DNA of 64,000 bases. Origin: Nanobdellota archaeon. Lineage in GTDB: Archaea > Nanobdellota > Nanobdellia > Pacearchaeales > GW2011-AR1. Below, piece after piece: positions 9,628-18,769 of the stretch. A program made the position numbers and the translations under genes. The notes under the pieces are model-generated. The model was not told where the DNA came from and searched no databases. It worked only from the letters and a program-made list of their open reading frames with translations. Numbering within the stretch: the stretch's first letter is position 1; every line of letters starts with the position of its first letter. Location: assembly GCA_030648155.1 (NCBI GenBank), contig JAUSIK010000016.1:81944-145943 (forward strand). Reading direction: 5' to 3'.

Positions 9628-12438
9628 ATGTACAATACACAACAATCTGAAAAGGAAATACTAGATTTCTGGGATAAGCATAAAATTTTTGACAAACTTA
9701 GAAAAAAGAATAGGGGAAATAAAAAATGGAGTTTTATTGACGGTCCTATAACTGCAAATAATCCTATGGGGGTACATCACGCATGGGGAAGAACATACAA
9801 GGACTTATTTCAGAGATTTAAAGCAATGCAAGGTTTTGATCAAAGATATCAAAATGGATTTGATTGCCAGGGATTATGGGTAGAAAGGGAGGAAGAAAAA
9901 GAACTTGGATTAGAATTTAAGGAGGACATTGAAAAATTTGGGATCCTTAATTTTGTTAAGGCTTGTAGAAAGAGGGTAGAAAAATTTTCAAAGATACAAC
10001 AAGATCAGTCGATAAAACTAGGCCAATGGATGGATTGGACTCATAGTTATTATACGATGTCAGATAATAACAATCTGCATAATTGGCATTTATTGAAGAC
10101 TTATTATGATAAAGGATGGTTGTATAAGGGAAAGGATGCGGTTCCTTGGTGTTGGAGATGCGGAACGGCGAGCTCTAAGCACGATATTGTTACTGAAGGC
10201 TACAAAGAAGTAACCCATACAGCATTATTCATGCAGTTTCCATTAAAGGATAACCCAGATGAATATTTTTTAATATTTACTACAACTCCCTGGACAGTTC
10301 CAGCGAATGTGGCCATTGCTGTCAATGCAAAAATAGAATATGCAAAGGTTGAGAATAATGGGGTCAAATATTGGATTGCAAAAAAAAGAGTTGCTGAATT
10401 AGAAGGGGAATACAAAATATTAGAAACTAAGAAAGGAAGCAGTTTGAAAGACTTAGAATATGTGATGCCTTATAGTGACTTAGAAGTTCAAAGCAAATCT
10501 CCCCATAAAGTAGTCTTGTGGGATTTAGCCTCTGAAGAAGAGGGAACTGGAATAGTGCATATTGCTCCAGGGTGCGGAACTGAAGATTTTCAGCTAGGTA
10601 AAAAAGAAAAATTGCCCTCGATTTCACCATTGACAGAAGCCGGTATATACCAGGAAGGTTATGGTGAATTTAGCTTAAGAAAATATACTGAAGTTAATAA
10701 AAAAGTACTAGAAGATCTCGAACAAAGAAGATTTGTCTACAAGACCAAACCTTACAAGCATAGGTATCCTCATTGTTGGAGATGCGGAAAGGAATTGGTT
10801 TTTAGACTTGTTGACGAATGGTACATAAAGAGTTCTGAAATGAGGAAAAAACTTATCAGTGAAAATAAAAAAATCGAATGGTATCCAGATTACGGAAAAA
10901 TTCGACAAGAAGAATGGTTCAAGAATATGGGAGACTGGCTCATTTCAAGAAAAAGATATTGGGGTTTGCCTTTGCCAATTTGGGAGTGTCCGTGTGGAGA
11001 GACTGAAGTATTTGGCAGTCTCGAAGAATTAAAGAAAAAAGCGATAGATAAAAAGAAAATAGAGAATTTGCCAGAAATACATAGGCCTTGGATAGACGAA
11101 ATTAAAATTAAATGCTCCAAATGTGGAAAAGAAGCATCAAGAGTCAAAGATGTAGGAGATGCCTGGCTCGACGCGGGAATTGTGCCATTTTCTACTTTGA
11201 ACTACCTGAATGATAAAAAAAACTGGGGGGAGTGGTTTCCTGCTGATTTCATATGTGAAAATATGCCTGGACAATATAGGGGATGGTTTAATGCTCTTAT
11301 GTGGGCAAGTGTTTCATTAACTGGAAAAGCACCATTCAAATCAATTTTAGGATATGAATCATTAAAAGATGAGAAGGGAGAGGAAATGCATAAGAGCAAA
11401 GGCAACACTATATGGTTTGACGAGGCTGTAGAAAAAATAGGGGCTGATCCTATGAGATTGTTATATGTTCTACAAAATCCATCACAAGAAATGAGGTTTG
11501 GATTTAATACTGCAAATGAACCTAAAAATAACCTAAATATACTATATAATATTAGTAAATTAATTAATAAACCTGATAAATCTGGAAAAGAGAGTTATGA
11601 AGACAAATGGATATTAAGCAGATTTAATTCTTTAATAAAAAAAGTTACAGAAGAATTAGAAAACCTGCATCCCCATATTGCAAGCCGGGAACTGCAGAAT
11701 TTTTGGCTTGGAGATTTAAGTAGAAAATATATACAACTAGCAAGAGATAGATTAGCTAATGGCAATCCTGCGGTTAACAAAACATTAATGGAAATATATA
11801 TTGGATTAATTAAAATGTCGGCTCCATTGATTCCTTTTATTACAGAAAAAATATGGCAGGAAATGCGAACGAAGAATATTGTTAAAGAAGAATCTGTGCA
11901 CTTGACAGAATGGCCAACGTTTGAAAAGAAAAAAATTAATAAGAAACTTGAGGAAGAATTTAAACACGTCTTTGAAATTATTGAGAAAGGATTATTCGCA
12001 AGAGATAAAGTTCAGATAGGTTTAAAGTGGCCTCTTGGAAAAGCAGTAATAAACTTAACTAAAGAAATGAAATTATCTAAAGAGGCGGAAGAAATTATAA
12101 TGAGACAATTAAACGTAAAAAAGTTAGAACTAAAAACAAGTAGTGAAACTGGTGTGGTATTAGATACAACTATGACGAAAGAATTAGAAGCGGAGGGTTA
12201 CGCGAGAGAGTTTGCAAGAAATGTTCAGGCAATAAGAAAGAAAGAAGGTTTACAAAAAGGGGATTTTATAGACTTAAAAGTGACTGCAAGCAAGGAAATA
12301 GCCTCGATGTTAATTAAACATGCCGCTTTTATAAAGGAACGAGTAAATGCAAAAAAAATTGAATTTGTCGACGATAAAACCAAAAAAACTGGAGAATTTA
12401 CTATTAAAGAAAACAAAATAAGCATACTTTTTTCGTAA
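9628..12438 (+). CDS. ileS: Isoleucyl-tRNA synthetase
   Basis: HIGH-type PMGVHHAWGR, KMSKS-type KMHKSKGN, Zn knuckles WCWRCGT and HCWRCGK, and WLISRKRYWGLPLPIWEC, which is typical of IleRS rather than ValRS or LeuRS. Confidence 0.8.
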   Translation: MYNTQQSEKEILDFWDKHKIFDKLRKKNRGNKKWSFIDGPITANNPMGVHHAWGRTYKDLFQRFKAMQGFDQRYQNGFDCQGLWVEREEEKELGLEFKEDIEKFGILNFVKACRKRVEKFSKIQQDQSIKLGQWMDWTHSYYTMSDNNNLHNWHLLKTYYDKGWLYKGKDAVPWCWRCGTASSKHDIVTEGYKEVTHTALFMQFPLKDNPDEYFLIFTTTPWTVPANVAIAVNAKIEYAKVENNGVKYWIAKKRVAELEGEYKILETKKGSSLKDLEYVMPYSDLEVQSKSPHKVVLWDLASEEEGTGIVHIAPGCGTEDFQLGKKEKLPSISPLTEAGIYQEGYGEFSLRKYTEVNKKVLEDLEQRRFVYKTKPYKHRYPHCWRCGKELVFRLVDEWYIKSSEMRKKLISENKKIEWYPDYGKIRQEEWFKNMGDWLISRKRYWGLPLPIWECPCGETEVFGSLEELKKKAIDKKKIENLPEIHRPWIDEIKIKCSKCGKEASRVKDVGDAWLDAGIVPFSTLNYLNDKKNWGEWFPADFICENMPGQYRGWFNALMWASVSLTGKAPFKSILGYESLKDEKGEEMHKSKGNTIWFDEAVEKIGADPMRLLYVLQNPSQEMRFGFNTANEPKNNLNILYNISKLINKPDKSGKESYEDKWILSRFNSLIKKVTEELENLHPHIASRELQNFWLGDLSRKYIQLARDRLANGNPAVNKTLMEIYIGLIKMSAPLIPFITEKIWQEMRTKNIVKEESVHLTEWPTFEKKKINKKLEEEFKHVFEIIEKGLFARDKVQIGLKWPLGKAVINLTKEMKLSKEAEEIIMRQLNVKKLELKTSSETGVVLDTTMTKELEAEGYAREFARNVQAIRKKEGLQKGDFIDLKVTASKEIASMLIKHAAFIKERVNAKKIEFVDDKTKKTGEFTIKENKISILFS

Positions 12439-12511
12439 TTGAATAGGGGCACATCCGCAAAACATTTAAATAGTATTGGTATTTAATTTATGTAAGAGGT
12501 TGAAACAGCTC

Positions 12512-13345
12512 ATGATAATAAAAGATGAATTTTTAAGCAGACTAAGAAAAATATTTGACCTTAACTTATATGAGGCTAAAGTTTGGACTGCTTTGCTTTC
12601 AAGAGGGGTATCGACCGCTGGAGAATTAAGCAATATTTCTGATGTTCCTCGATCTAGGACGTACGATATTTTAGAATCCTTAGAGAAAAAGGGGTTTGTG
12701 ATTATGAGATTAGGAAAGCCTATCAAGTTCGTGGCATTAAAGCCTGATGAGGTTGTTGAAAGAGTTAAAAGAAACTTAGTTGTTGAGGCTCAAAATAAAA
12801 CAAAGAGATTAGAACAATTAAAAAATGATGATGTTTTGATTGAACTTACTTCTTTGTATACTAATGGAGTTAAATTTATTGAACCTTCTGACTTATCTGG
12901 AAGTTTAAGAGGAAGACAGAATGTTTACAATCATCTTGATATGATGATTAGATCTGCTGAAAAAGGAATTACTATTGTAACAACACACGAGGGACTGAAT
13001 AGAAAGTTTGAAGCTTTAATGCCTGCGCTAGAAAGAGCAAAGAAGAAAGGGGTTGAAATAAAAATTCTTGCTCCTATTGGGCCTGAAAATCATAAAATAG
13101 CCAAGGATTTGGCCAAGGTGGCCGATGTAAGGGATTGTTCTGGAGCTAGCTTAAGAGGAAGGTTTACAATTGTAGATTCTAATCAACTTTTATTTATGTT
13201 ATTAGATGACAAGAAAGTACACCCTAATTATGATGTTGGAGTTTGGCTTTCAAGCGAGTTTTTCTCCCAAGTCCTGGAAAAGATGTTTTCTGATACATGG
13301 AGCCAAATGACTCCTTTGTCCAAGGTTAAGATGAAGGACAAGTAA
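12512..13345 (+). CDS. TrmB-family transcriptional regulator
   Basis: N-terminal wHTH LNLYEAKVWTALLSRGVSTAGELSNISDVPRSRTYDILESLEKKGFV. The track start is a TTG at 12476, directly after a TATA motif (12459-12473), so ATG 12512 is preferred. Confidence 0.8.
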   Translation: MIIKDEFLSRLRKIFDLNLYEAKVWTALLSRGVSTAGELSNISDVPRSRTYDILESLEKKGFVIMRLGKPIKFVALKPDEVVERVKRNLVVEAQNKTKRLEQLKNDDVLIELTSLYTNGVKFIEPSDLSGSLRGRQNVYNHLDMMIRSAEKGITIVTTHEGLNRKFEALMPALERAKKKGVEIKILAPIGPENHKIAKDLAKVADVRDCSGASLRGRFTIVDSNQLLFMLLDDKKVHPNYDVGVWLSSEFFSQVLEKMFSDTWSQMTPLSKVKMKDK

Positions 13346-13569
13346 AATAAGAATTATCTGTTTACTAAGATATTATATTTAATAATGTTACTTTCACCTA
13401 TTGACTTTTTAATTTTTTTAATTAAATCAGTTTTGTTAGTGATTTTATAAAATTTCAGAAGTTTGTATTGAACACTTATTGAGAGGTCGTAAAGATTTCT
13501 TGAATCTTTCATTTTGAATATACATCAAAATCAATTAAAAAGAAGAGGTGTATTTATTATACTACATTT

Positions 13570-13863
13570 TCAAAATCCTTCATTTCTTTCTACCCTATAT
13601 AGTGAAACATTTGGTGTGCACAATACAAAATTTACATGATCTCTAAGTGTGGCTTCATCTCTGCTATGACCGCACAAAATTCCTTCTTTATAGGCTACAA
13701 AAGAACGATTATATCGATCTAAATGGCCTAATTCAAGGTCTCTTATAAAAGATTTGGAATTATCTTCAATATAATCCCCTCTTCTTTGGACTTTAGATTT
13801 TTCCTCATGAAATTCTTTAGGGTCTAATACATACTCCACTTTTTTAATTACTTTTAATATCAT
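13570..13863 (-). CDS. Hypothetical protein (C-terminal half resembles the small protein at 61362..61616)
   Basis: ORF track, 97 aa. The segment NRSFVAYKEGILCGHSRDEATLRDHV compares with QRKFIAVKEDELIEVGDNFEEVLKKV. Confidence 0.4.
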   Translation of the reverse strand: MILKVIKKVEYVLDPKEFHEEKSKVQRRGDYIEDNSKSFIRDLELGHLDRYNRSFVAYKEGILCGHSRDEATLRDHVNFVLCTPNVSLYRVERNEGF

Positions 13864-13903
13864 TTCATAATTAAAATAACATTATTTATAAGTATTTTGG
13901 AGG

Positions 13904-14266
13904 TCATCTGGCAAACTCCACATTTTCTAGATTTTCAAAAAATTCGTCACCTGTTAGAAACTTAAATCCTATTTTCTTTGATAAAATATATCCAACACAA
14001 TCAACATAGCTTAATTTCCTTTTATAATTTATTTTCCTGAATTTTGCAGCTTCCTTAGCAACTTCCTTATCTATTTCCAAAAATGAAAAATTAAACTTGT
14101 CTAAAACTTCATCGGCCTTTTTTTCATTTAGATTAGATAATAGGTAAAAATAAAATTCTGAAAGATTTAAAGTTGTGGTTATAAAAGTTAATTCAGCATA
14201 TTTTTGGTAACTCTTATTACCCTTAAGTATCTCAATAATCGCATAAGTGTCGAAGAAGTAATTCAT
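13904..14266 (-). CDS. vapC: PIN-domain toxin VapC
   Basis: The N-terminus MNYFFDTYAIIE is typical of PIN domains. This internal Met start leaves 1 nt between the VapB stop and the VapC ATG. Confidence 0.8.
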   Translation of the reverse strand: MNYFFDTYAIIEILKGNKSYQKYAELTFITTTLNLSEFYFYLLSNLNEKKADEVLDKFNFSFLEIDKEVAKEAAKFRKINYKRKLSYVDCVGYILSKKIGFKFLTGDEFFENLENVEFAR

Positions 14267-14267
14267 T

Positions 14268-14504
14268 CTAGTCTTCCGGCCAAAAAGCTTTGTCAACATC
14301 TCTTAATGCTTTTTGAGTGTTAATATTCTTTAGTTCTTTTGCTAACATCCCAAAAACATCTCTGACCTTTGTTTTATCTTTAGTCTCTACAGTAATAATT
14401 ATTTCTTTTCCCTCACTTAATTTTTCTTTTTCTACTATTTTCATAGGCAGGACTATTCCAAATGAATTCCCCCATTTTTTTACGTGAACGATAGTTCTTT
14501 CCAT
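14268..14504 (-). CDS. vapB: AbrB/SpoVT-fold antitoxin VapB
   Basis: VKKWGNSFGIVLPMKIV is a SpoVT/AbrB swapped-hairpin motif. The gene lies directly upstream of the PIN gene. Confidence 0.8.
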   Translation of the reverse strand: MERTIVHVKKWGNSFGIVLPMKIVEKEKLSEGKEIIITVETKDKTKVRDVFGMLAKELKNINTQKALRDVDKAFWPED

Positions 14505-14584
14505 GAGTTATATATGTATAACTATTATATAAATATTTCTAATTTTAAGGATAATTTATTAAATTAGGACATTTTCGTAATGCC

Positions 14585-15325
14585 ATGTATATTGATGTTC
14601 ACTGCCATTTAGATATATGCAAAGATATTGATAAAATTATTGAAGAAGTTAGAAAGAAAAAAATAGGAATTATTATTTCTAATGGAGTTAAACCTAGTGT
14701 TAATAGAAAAATTTTAGAATTGGCTAAAAAATATAAAGAAGTTAAATGCTCAATGGGGATTTATCCTATTGATGCTTTAGCTTTGTCTGACGGAGAAATT
14801 GATGAAGAAATTAAATTTATAAGAAAGAATAAAGATAAAGTCACTGCAATTGGGGAGGTTGGAATTGATTATAAGGAAGACTCTGAAAATTGGGATAGGC
14901 AGAAGAAAATTTTCCGCAAATTTATCAATTTAAGTATAGAATTAAATAAACCTATAATTGTGCACTCAAGAAAAGCTGAAAAGGAATGTATTGAAATTTT
15001 AGAAGAGTTGAATGCTAAAAAAGTAGTAATGCATTGTTTTTCTGGGAAATTTTCACTTATTGAAAGAATATCCCGCAATGGATGGTTTTTATCTATTCCT
15101 GGAAATGTAAACCACAGCGAACAGTTTCAAAATATTGCTAAGAAAATAGATATTAAAAATTTATTGTGCGAAACAGATGCGCCTTATTTGCATCCATTAA
15201 AAGAAAGAGACAACACTCCTGTTAATGTTATTTATTCTTATAAAAAAATTGCTGAATTAAAAAATATGAAAATAAAAGATGTGGAAAAAGCAATTGAAAA
15301 GAATTATTACAGGCTGTTTAGCTAA
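14585..15325 (+). CDS. TatD-family metal-dependent hydrolase/DNase
   Basis: N-terminal IDVHCHLD, internal EVGIDY and HSR motifs, and C-terminal ETDAPYL. Confidence 0.85.
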   Translation: MYIDVHCHLDICKDIDKIIEEVRKKKIGIIISNGVKPSVNRKILELAKKYKEVKCSMGIYPIDALALSDGEIDEEIKFIRKNKDKVTAIGEVGIDYKEDSENWDRQKKIFRKFINLSIELNKPIIVHSRKAEKECIEILEELNAKKVVMHCFSGKFSLIERISRNGWFLSIPGNVNHSEQFQNIAKKIDIKNLLCETDAPYLHPLKERDNTPVNVIYSYKKIAELKNMKIKDVEKAIEKNYYRLFS

Positions 15326-16181
15326 ACAGGCCTTTAACCCAATTCCATAGACGAGAAAAAAATCCAGGATTGTTTGATTCTGGATTTTGAGATTCTATTA
15401 TGGTATCATTATTTGAAGAATTCATTGATTTATTGTTAATAATAGCATTTGCTTCTTCTACCGTAACTTGCCTACCGCCTGAAGAATTATTTTCTGAAAT
15501 TGATTCGTTATTTGTGACTGGAGCCGTTTGATTAATTTGCGAGGATTGATTTAATGCTGTTTCATTATTAGTTTCATTTTTTTGGATTGTTAATATGGAA
15601 ATTTCTCCGGTTAAGCATTTGTATACAGTTAACAGAGCATTTGAAGTAGATGCAGTGTTTAATTCAATGACGAATGTTTTGTTTCCAAAAGATATTTTTT
15701 CTTCAGGCTTTTCGGTGTTTGATAAAGTCAATTGTTTTGCTCCAACTACTGCCCTTACTTTTCCTCCTTCAGTAACTTCAGCATTTGAAACCATGACAAA
15801 AAGCCCTTTTATTGTTTCTACTTCATTTTCCTCCAGGGTCTTGGATTCCCCATCGATAGATAATTGCGCATTTGTATCTGTTGAATTTTCGAATTTAACA
15901 GTATATTTACCTGTTAATAGTTCAATTTCTTGAGAAGAACTCGAGTTTGATAAATCAACTCTTCTTGCGTCTATAATCAAATCTGCACTTACTTTTTTAT
16001 AGAAAACTCTTTCTTCTGTTTTAGTCAGTCCAATTCCCAATCCATTTATTACTTTGCTTAATCCTATCTCTAATTCATCATCAGATGAGTCTGGGGTAGT
16101 TCCGTCTGAACAAATAGGTTTTGCTGATACTAATGAAAGTGAAATAAATATTATTAGAAATATCGCAATCTCTTTTTTCAT
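15318..16181 (-). CDS. Secreted S/N/T-rich protein with N-terminal signal/anchor
   Basis: MKKEIAIFLIIFISLSLVSA signal-like N-terminus and a low-complexity N/S-rich C-terminal third. The plus-strand ORF 15595..15933 is antisense to it and was discarded. Confidence 0.6.
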   Translation of the reverse strand: MKKEIAIFLIIFISLSLVSAKPICSDGTTPDSSDDELEIGLSKVINGLGIGLTKTEERVFYKKVSADLIIDARRVDLSNSSSSQEIELLTGKYTVKFENSTDTNAQLSIDGESKTLEENEVETIKGLFVMVSNAEVTEGGKVRAVVGAKQLTLSNTEKPEEKISFGNKTFVIELNTASTSNALLTVYKCLTGEISILTIQKNETNNETALNQSSQINQTAPVTNNESISENNSSGGRQVTVEEANAIINNKSMNSSNNDTIIESQNPESNNPGFFSRLWNWVKGLFS

Positions 16182-16213
16182 TTATTTGAAAGGAGTTTGA
16201 TATTTATAAAGGA

Positions 16214-16226
16214 TGCGGGAGGGAGG
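16214..16226 (-). repeat. Duplicate of the tRNA-Leu 3' end (cctccctcccgca), distal copy
   Basis: Exact 13-nt match to the last 13 nt of tRNA-Leu(UAA) (comp. 16341-16329). Also identical to the 3' end of tRNA-Leu(CAA). Confidence 0.8.
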
Positions 16227-16239
16227 CTCACGAGATTAT

Positions 16240-16328
16240 GATCTCGGATCCGTCAAACTTTACAAAGTTTGAGGATTCGAACTTATGCACAGCATTTTGA
16301 ATCACCCATATAATCTAAAGATTATATA
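16240..16328 (-). repeat. 89-nt element E, copy 1 (directly 3' of tRNA-Leu(UAA))
   Basis: 84/89 identical to 37892-37980 on the other strand. Contains three hairpins (atataatc/gattatat, gattcaaa/ttcgaatc, caaactt/aagtttg). Confidence 0.8.
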
Positions 16329-16457
16329 TGCGGGAGGGAGGATTCGAACCTCCGAAGGCACTAAGCCACAAGATAACCTATATCTTGTTAAGCTACTTTC
16401 TCTAACGAGAAAGCGACATCTTAAGTCTTGCGCGTTTGACCACTTCGCTACCCCCGC
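16329..16457 (-). tRNA. tRNA-Leu(UAA) with a ~45-nt intron at the canonical 37/38 position (comp. ~16419-16375)
   Basis: Manual cloverleaf: acceptor GCGGGGG/CTCCCGC, anticodon stem CAAGA/TCTTG, loop CTTAAG|A, long variable arm, T-arm GGAGG-TTCGAATC-CCTCC, discriminator A. A TATA-like gctttaaaaatg lies ~30 nt upstream. Confidence 0.8.
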
Positions 16458-16509
16458 ATTAAAACTAGAGAAAACCAACATTTTTAAAGCTTAATGTTTG
16501 GGGAAAGAT

Positions 16510-16836
16510 ATGAGAAAAGATAACTTAAAAAAGAAATTTGAGAAGTTAGCTCTAAAATGGTATGAAGATACCTGTATTCATTCAAATCCTGAAATTATAA
16601 ATTCCCATCCTAATTGTGAGAAATTAATCAAAATGGGAGAACCAATTATCCCATTTATTTTAGAAGATATTAAGAATTCTAAATATGGGGATTGGGGTTA
16701 TATATTAAAAACAATAAGTAGAGAGGATCCTGTTCCTAGACATCACTATGGCTTTTATAATTCAATGAGGGATGATTGGCTAGCATGGGGAAAGAATAAA
16801 GGATACATTTCTTATACTGAAATACGAGTCAATTAA
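16510..16836 (+). CDS. Hypothetical protein
   Basis: ORF track frame (16498..16836, TTG). ATG 16510 fits the TATA-like motif at ~16469-16481 better. No recognisable motif. Confidence 0.5.
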   Translation: MRKDNLKKKFEKLALKWYEDTCIHSNPEIINSHPNCEKLIKMGEPIIPFILEDIKNSKYGDWGYILKTISREDPVPRHHYGFYNSMRDDWLAWGKNKGYISYTEIRVN

Positions 16837-16840
16837 GAAA

Positions 16841-17002
16841 TTAAACTTCAGCATCTATTTTTAGCAAGATTTCATTCGCTTGTAATGCTACTTGCTGGAT
16901 TATTTCTTGCTCACTAGCTCTTGGATTTTCTGTTTTGAACTTTAGGGCATGTGCTGCTCCTGAAATTATTGCCATTTTAAGCCTCTTTTCATCTTCTTTC
17001 AT
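16841..17002 (-). CDS. Possible small protein (53 aa)
   Basis: My translation: MKEDEKRLKMAIISGAAHALKFKTENPRASEQEIIQQVALQANEILLKIDAEV. It is below the ORF-track length cutoff and fills an otherwise empty gap. Confidence 0.3.
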   Translation of the reverse strand: MKEDEKRLKMAIISGAAHALKFKTENPRASEQEIIQQVALQANEILLKIDAEV

Positions 17003-17038
17003 AATTTTGTTAGATTAGCGATGCTTAAAAAGATTTAG

Positions 17039-17302
17039 TTAGTCAGTTGTTATATTGAAGTCGTTTAAAGAGACATTCTGCGAAAGAGTTGAATTAGTCA
17101 TATTGAGTGAAATATTTTGTGGAGATAGTGGGATAGATTTTTCTTTTTCATAATCTATGTTGAAGATAACATTTCCTGTTTTATATTCGAATCCTCCTAG
17201 AAATCTTATTTTAAAGTATATTAAGCCCGCAATAACGAACAAGGCCACAATTAAGAAGATAAATATAGCAAATATTATCCCCTTTTTACCTTTCATGGTC
17301 AT
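17039..17302 (-). CDS. Small single-pass membrane protein
   Basis: N-terminal TM segment GIIFAIFIFLIVALFVIAGLIYF. Confidence 0.5.
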   Translation of the reverse strand: MTMKGKKGIIFAIFIFLIVALFVIAGLIYFKIRFLGGFEYKTGNVIFNIDYEKEKSIPLSPQNISLNMTNSTLSQNVSLNDFNITTD

Positions 17303-17403
17303 CTGGAGAGAAGGAATTATATAAATCTTATGGGATTCTTAAATTAAAAGAGAATATAAAACTTTAAAAAGAAATATTAGCTTAGAATTCAATAAGAGGA
17401 TAT

Positions 17404-18231
17404 ATGGAAGAGGTTTTAAAAAAGCTTAAGACAGAGTTAAAAATTAGAGGTTTTTCACCTTTGACATTAAGAAATTATTCATTTTTTGTAGAAAAATTTC
17501 TGCTTAAGTCCAATAAAAATGAGAACGATCTTACACAAGATGATGCGAAAGCTTACCTAGGGGAGCTTTTTGATTCAAAATCGAAAAATACTATTATGCT
17601 TGCTGCTGCTTCTCTTAAATTTTTTTATACTGAAATATTAGGCAAAGAATTTTCGCAGATTAAAATGCCTAAAAAAGATAAAAAATTACCTGAAGTCTTA
17701 ACTAAAGAGGAAGTAAGAAAATTAATAGAAAGTGCAGATAATATAAAATCTAGATTAATTATCTCACTGCTTTATTCCAGCGGATTAAGGGTTTCTGAAC
17801 TTGTAAATTTAAAGAAGGATGATTTAAACTTGCAAGAGAAAATTGGCTGGGTTAGAAGAGGAAAGGGAGGGAAAGACAGACTCATTACATTGTCTGTAAA
17901 TTTGGCTGGAGAATTAAAAGATTATTTTGAAATGAAAGGAAAAGACAAAGTTTATGTTTTTTCCAAGGATAAACCGCTGACTACTAGAAATATTCAAAAG
18001 ATAATTAAAGGAACCAGGATTAGGGCAGGAATAAATAAGAAAGTTACACCGCATACACTACGGCATTCTTTTGCGACTCATTTGCTTGAGGCAGGAACAG
18101 ATATTAGATTTATTCAGAGCATGCTCGGGCATAGTAGTATTGCTACAACTCAAATTTACGCGCATGTTTCAACTGATGAAATAAAGAAAATTAAAAATCC
18201 TTTAGATGTGCTGGATAACGATTCAAAGTGA
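17404..18231 (+). CDS. xerA: Tyrosine recombinase, XerA/XerC/D-like
   Basis: SAM-like N-domain, then catalytic residues in GLRVSELVNL (R), HTLRHSFATHLL (HxxR) and GHSSIATTQIYAHV (H...Y). The 275-aa size is typical of archaeal XerA. Confidence 0.85.
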   Translation: MEEVLKKLKTELKIRGFSPLTLRNYSFFVEKFLLKSNKNENDLTQDDAKAYLGELFDSKSKNTIMLAAASLKFFYTEILGKEFSQIKMPKKDKKLPEVLTKEEVRKLIESADNIKSRLIISLLYSSGLRVSELVNLKKDDLNLQEKIGWVRRGKGGKDRLITLSVNLAGELKDYFEMKGKDKVYVFSKDKPLTTRNIQKIIKGTRIRAGINKKVTPHTLRHSFATHLLEAGTDIRFIQSMLGHSSIATTQIYAHVSTDEIKKIKNPLDVLDNDSK

Positions 18232-18352
18232 AAGAAAAAACAAAATGTATTCTTTAGAGGAGATTAGGTTTATCAGGTAAGGACATGAGAGAAGTTTTAG
18301 AGAAGATATACAAAGAAACTAATTGGTAAAATTAATATTTTAAAAGATAGAA

Positions 18353-18769
18353 CTATCTGAATGACTTCTGTCTCTTTGCTCTGGCTTTCGAATCTCCAGG
18401 CTTTCTAGTTTCTTTTCTTCTTGAATCTGGAACAATCATATTTCTATCATATTTAACGAAGGCTTTCTTTAAGACTTCTGAACCTGTAATGTTTAGAAGA
18501 GCTTTTGCAATTGCCAATCGTGCTGCCTGTATTTGGCCTTCTTTTCCACCGCCTGTAACATGAATATGGAAATCATACTGCAAATCATCGCCTAATTCAG
18601 ACTGATAGATTCTTAGAGGCTCTAGAAGTGCTAAACGATGGAACAAGGATAATTCCATATAGGATAAATAATTATAAAATATTTTTCCAGTTCCTTCTTT
18701 AACCTTTAGTTTTGCAACTGCGGTTTTTCTTTTTCCTGAAATTGTTGGCAAGTTTTTTTTAATTGTCAT
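18353..18769 (-). CDS. rps9: 30S ribosomal protein uS9
   Basis: C-terminal ...DSRRKETRKPGDSKARAKRQKSFR, and its position after uL13. Confidence 0.9.
   Translation of the reverse strand: MTIKKNLPTISGKRKTAVAKLKVKEGTGKIFYNYLSYMELSLFHRLALLEPLRIYQSELGDDLQYDFHIHVTGGGKEGQIQAARLAIAKALLNITGSEVLKKAFVKYDRNMIVPDSRRKETRKPGDSKARAKRQKSFR

Noticed and set aside
12476-12511. N-terminal extensions given by the ORF track for TrmB (TTG 12476), the PfkB kinase (26981), VapC (14299), RpoN (35392) and 7963/16498 (TTG)
   Set aside because: The extensions start inside or immediately after promoter motifs, or overlap upstream genes. Internal ATGs give N-termini matching the family consensus (MNYFFDT for PIN, MIIPVRC for RpoN) and the typical TATA-to-ATG spacing.
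16285-16494. 69-aa plus-strand ORF
   Set aside because: It is entirely overlapped by the minus-strand tRNA-Leu(UAA) gene and element E, so it is a by-product of RNA-gene sequence.
17404-18231. The XerA-like tyrosine recombinase as the integrase of an element inserted at the neighbouring tRNA-Leu(UAA)
   Set aside because: It lies on the 5' side of the tRNA, whereas the duplicated 3' ends lie on the other side. Its size and motifs fit the chromosomal XerA dimer-resolution enzyme found in most archaea. No other virus or plasmid genes are nearby. It cannot be fully excluded without phylogeny.
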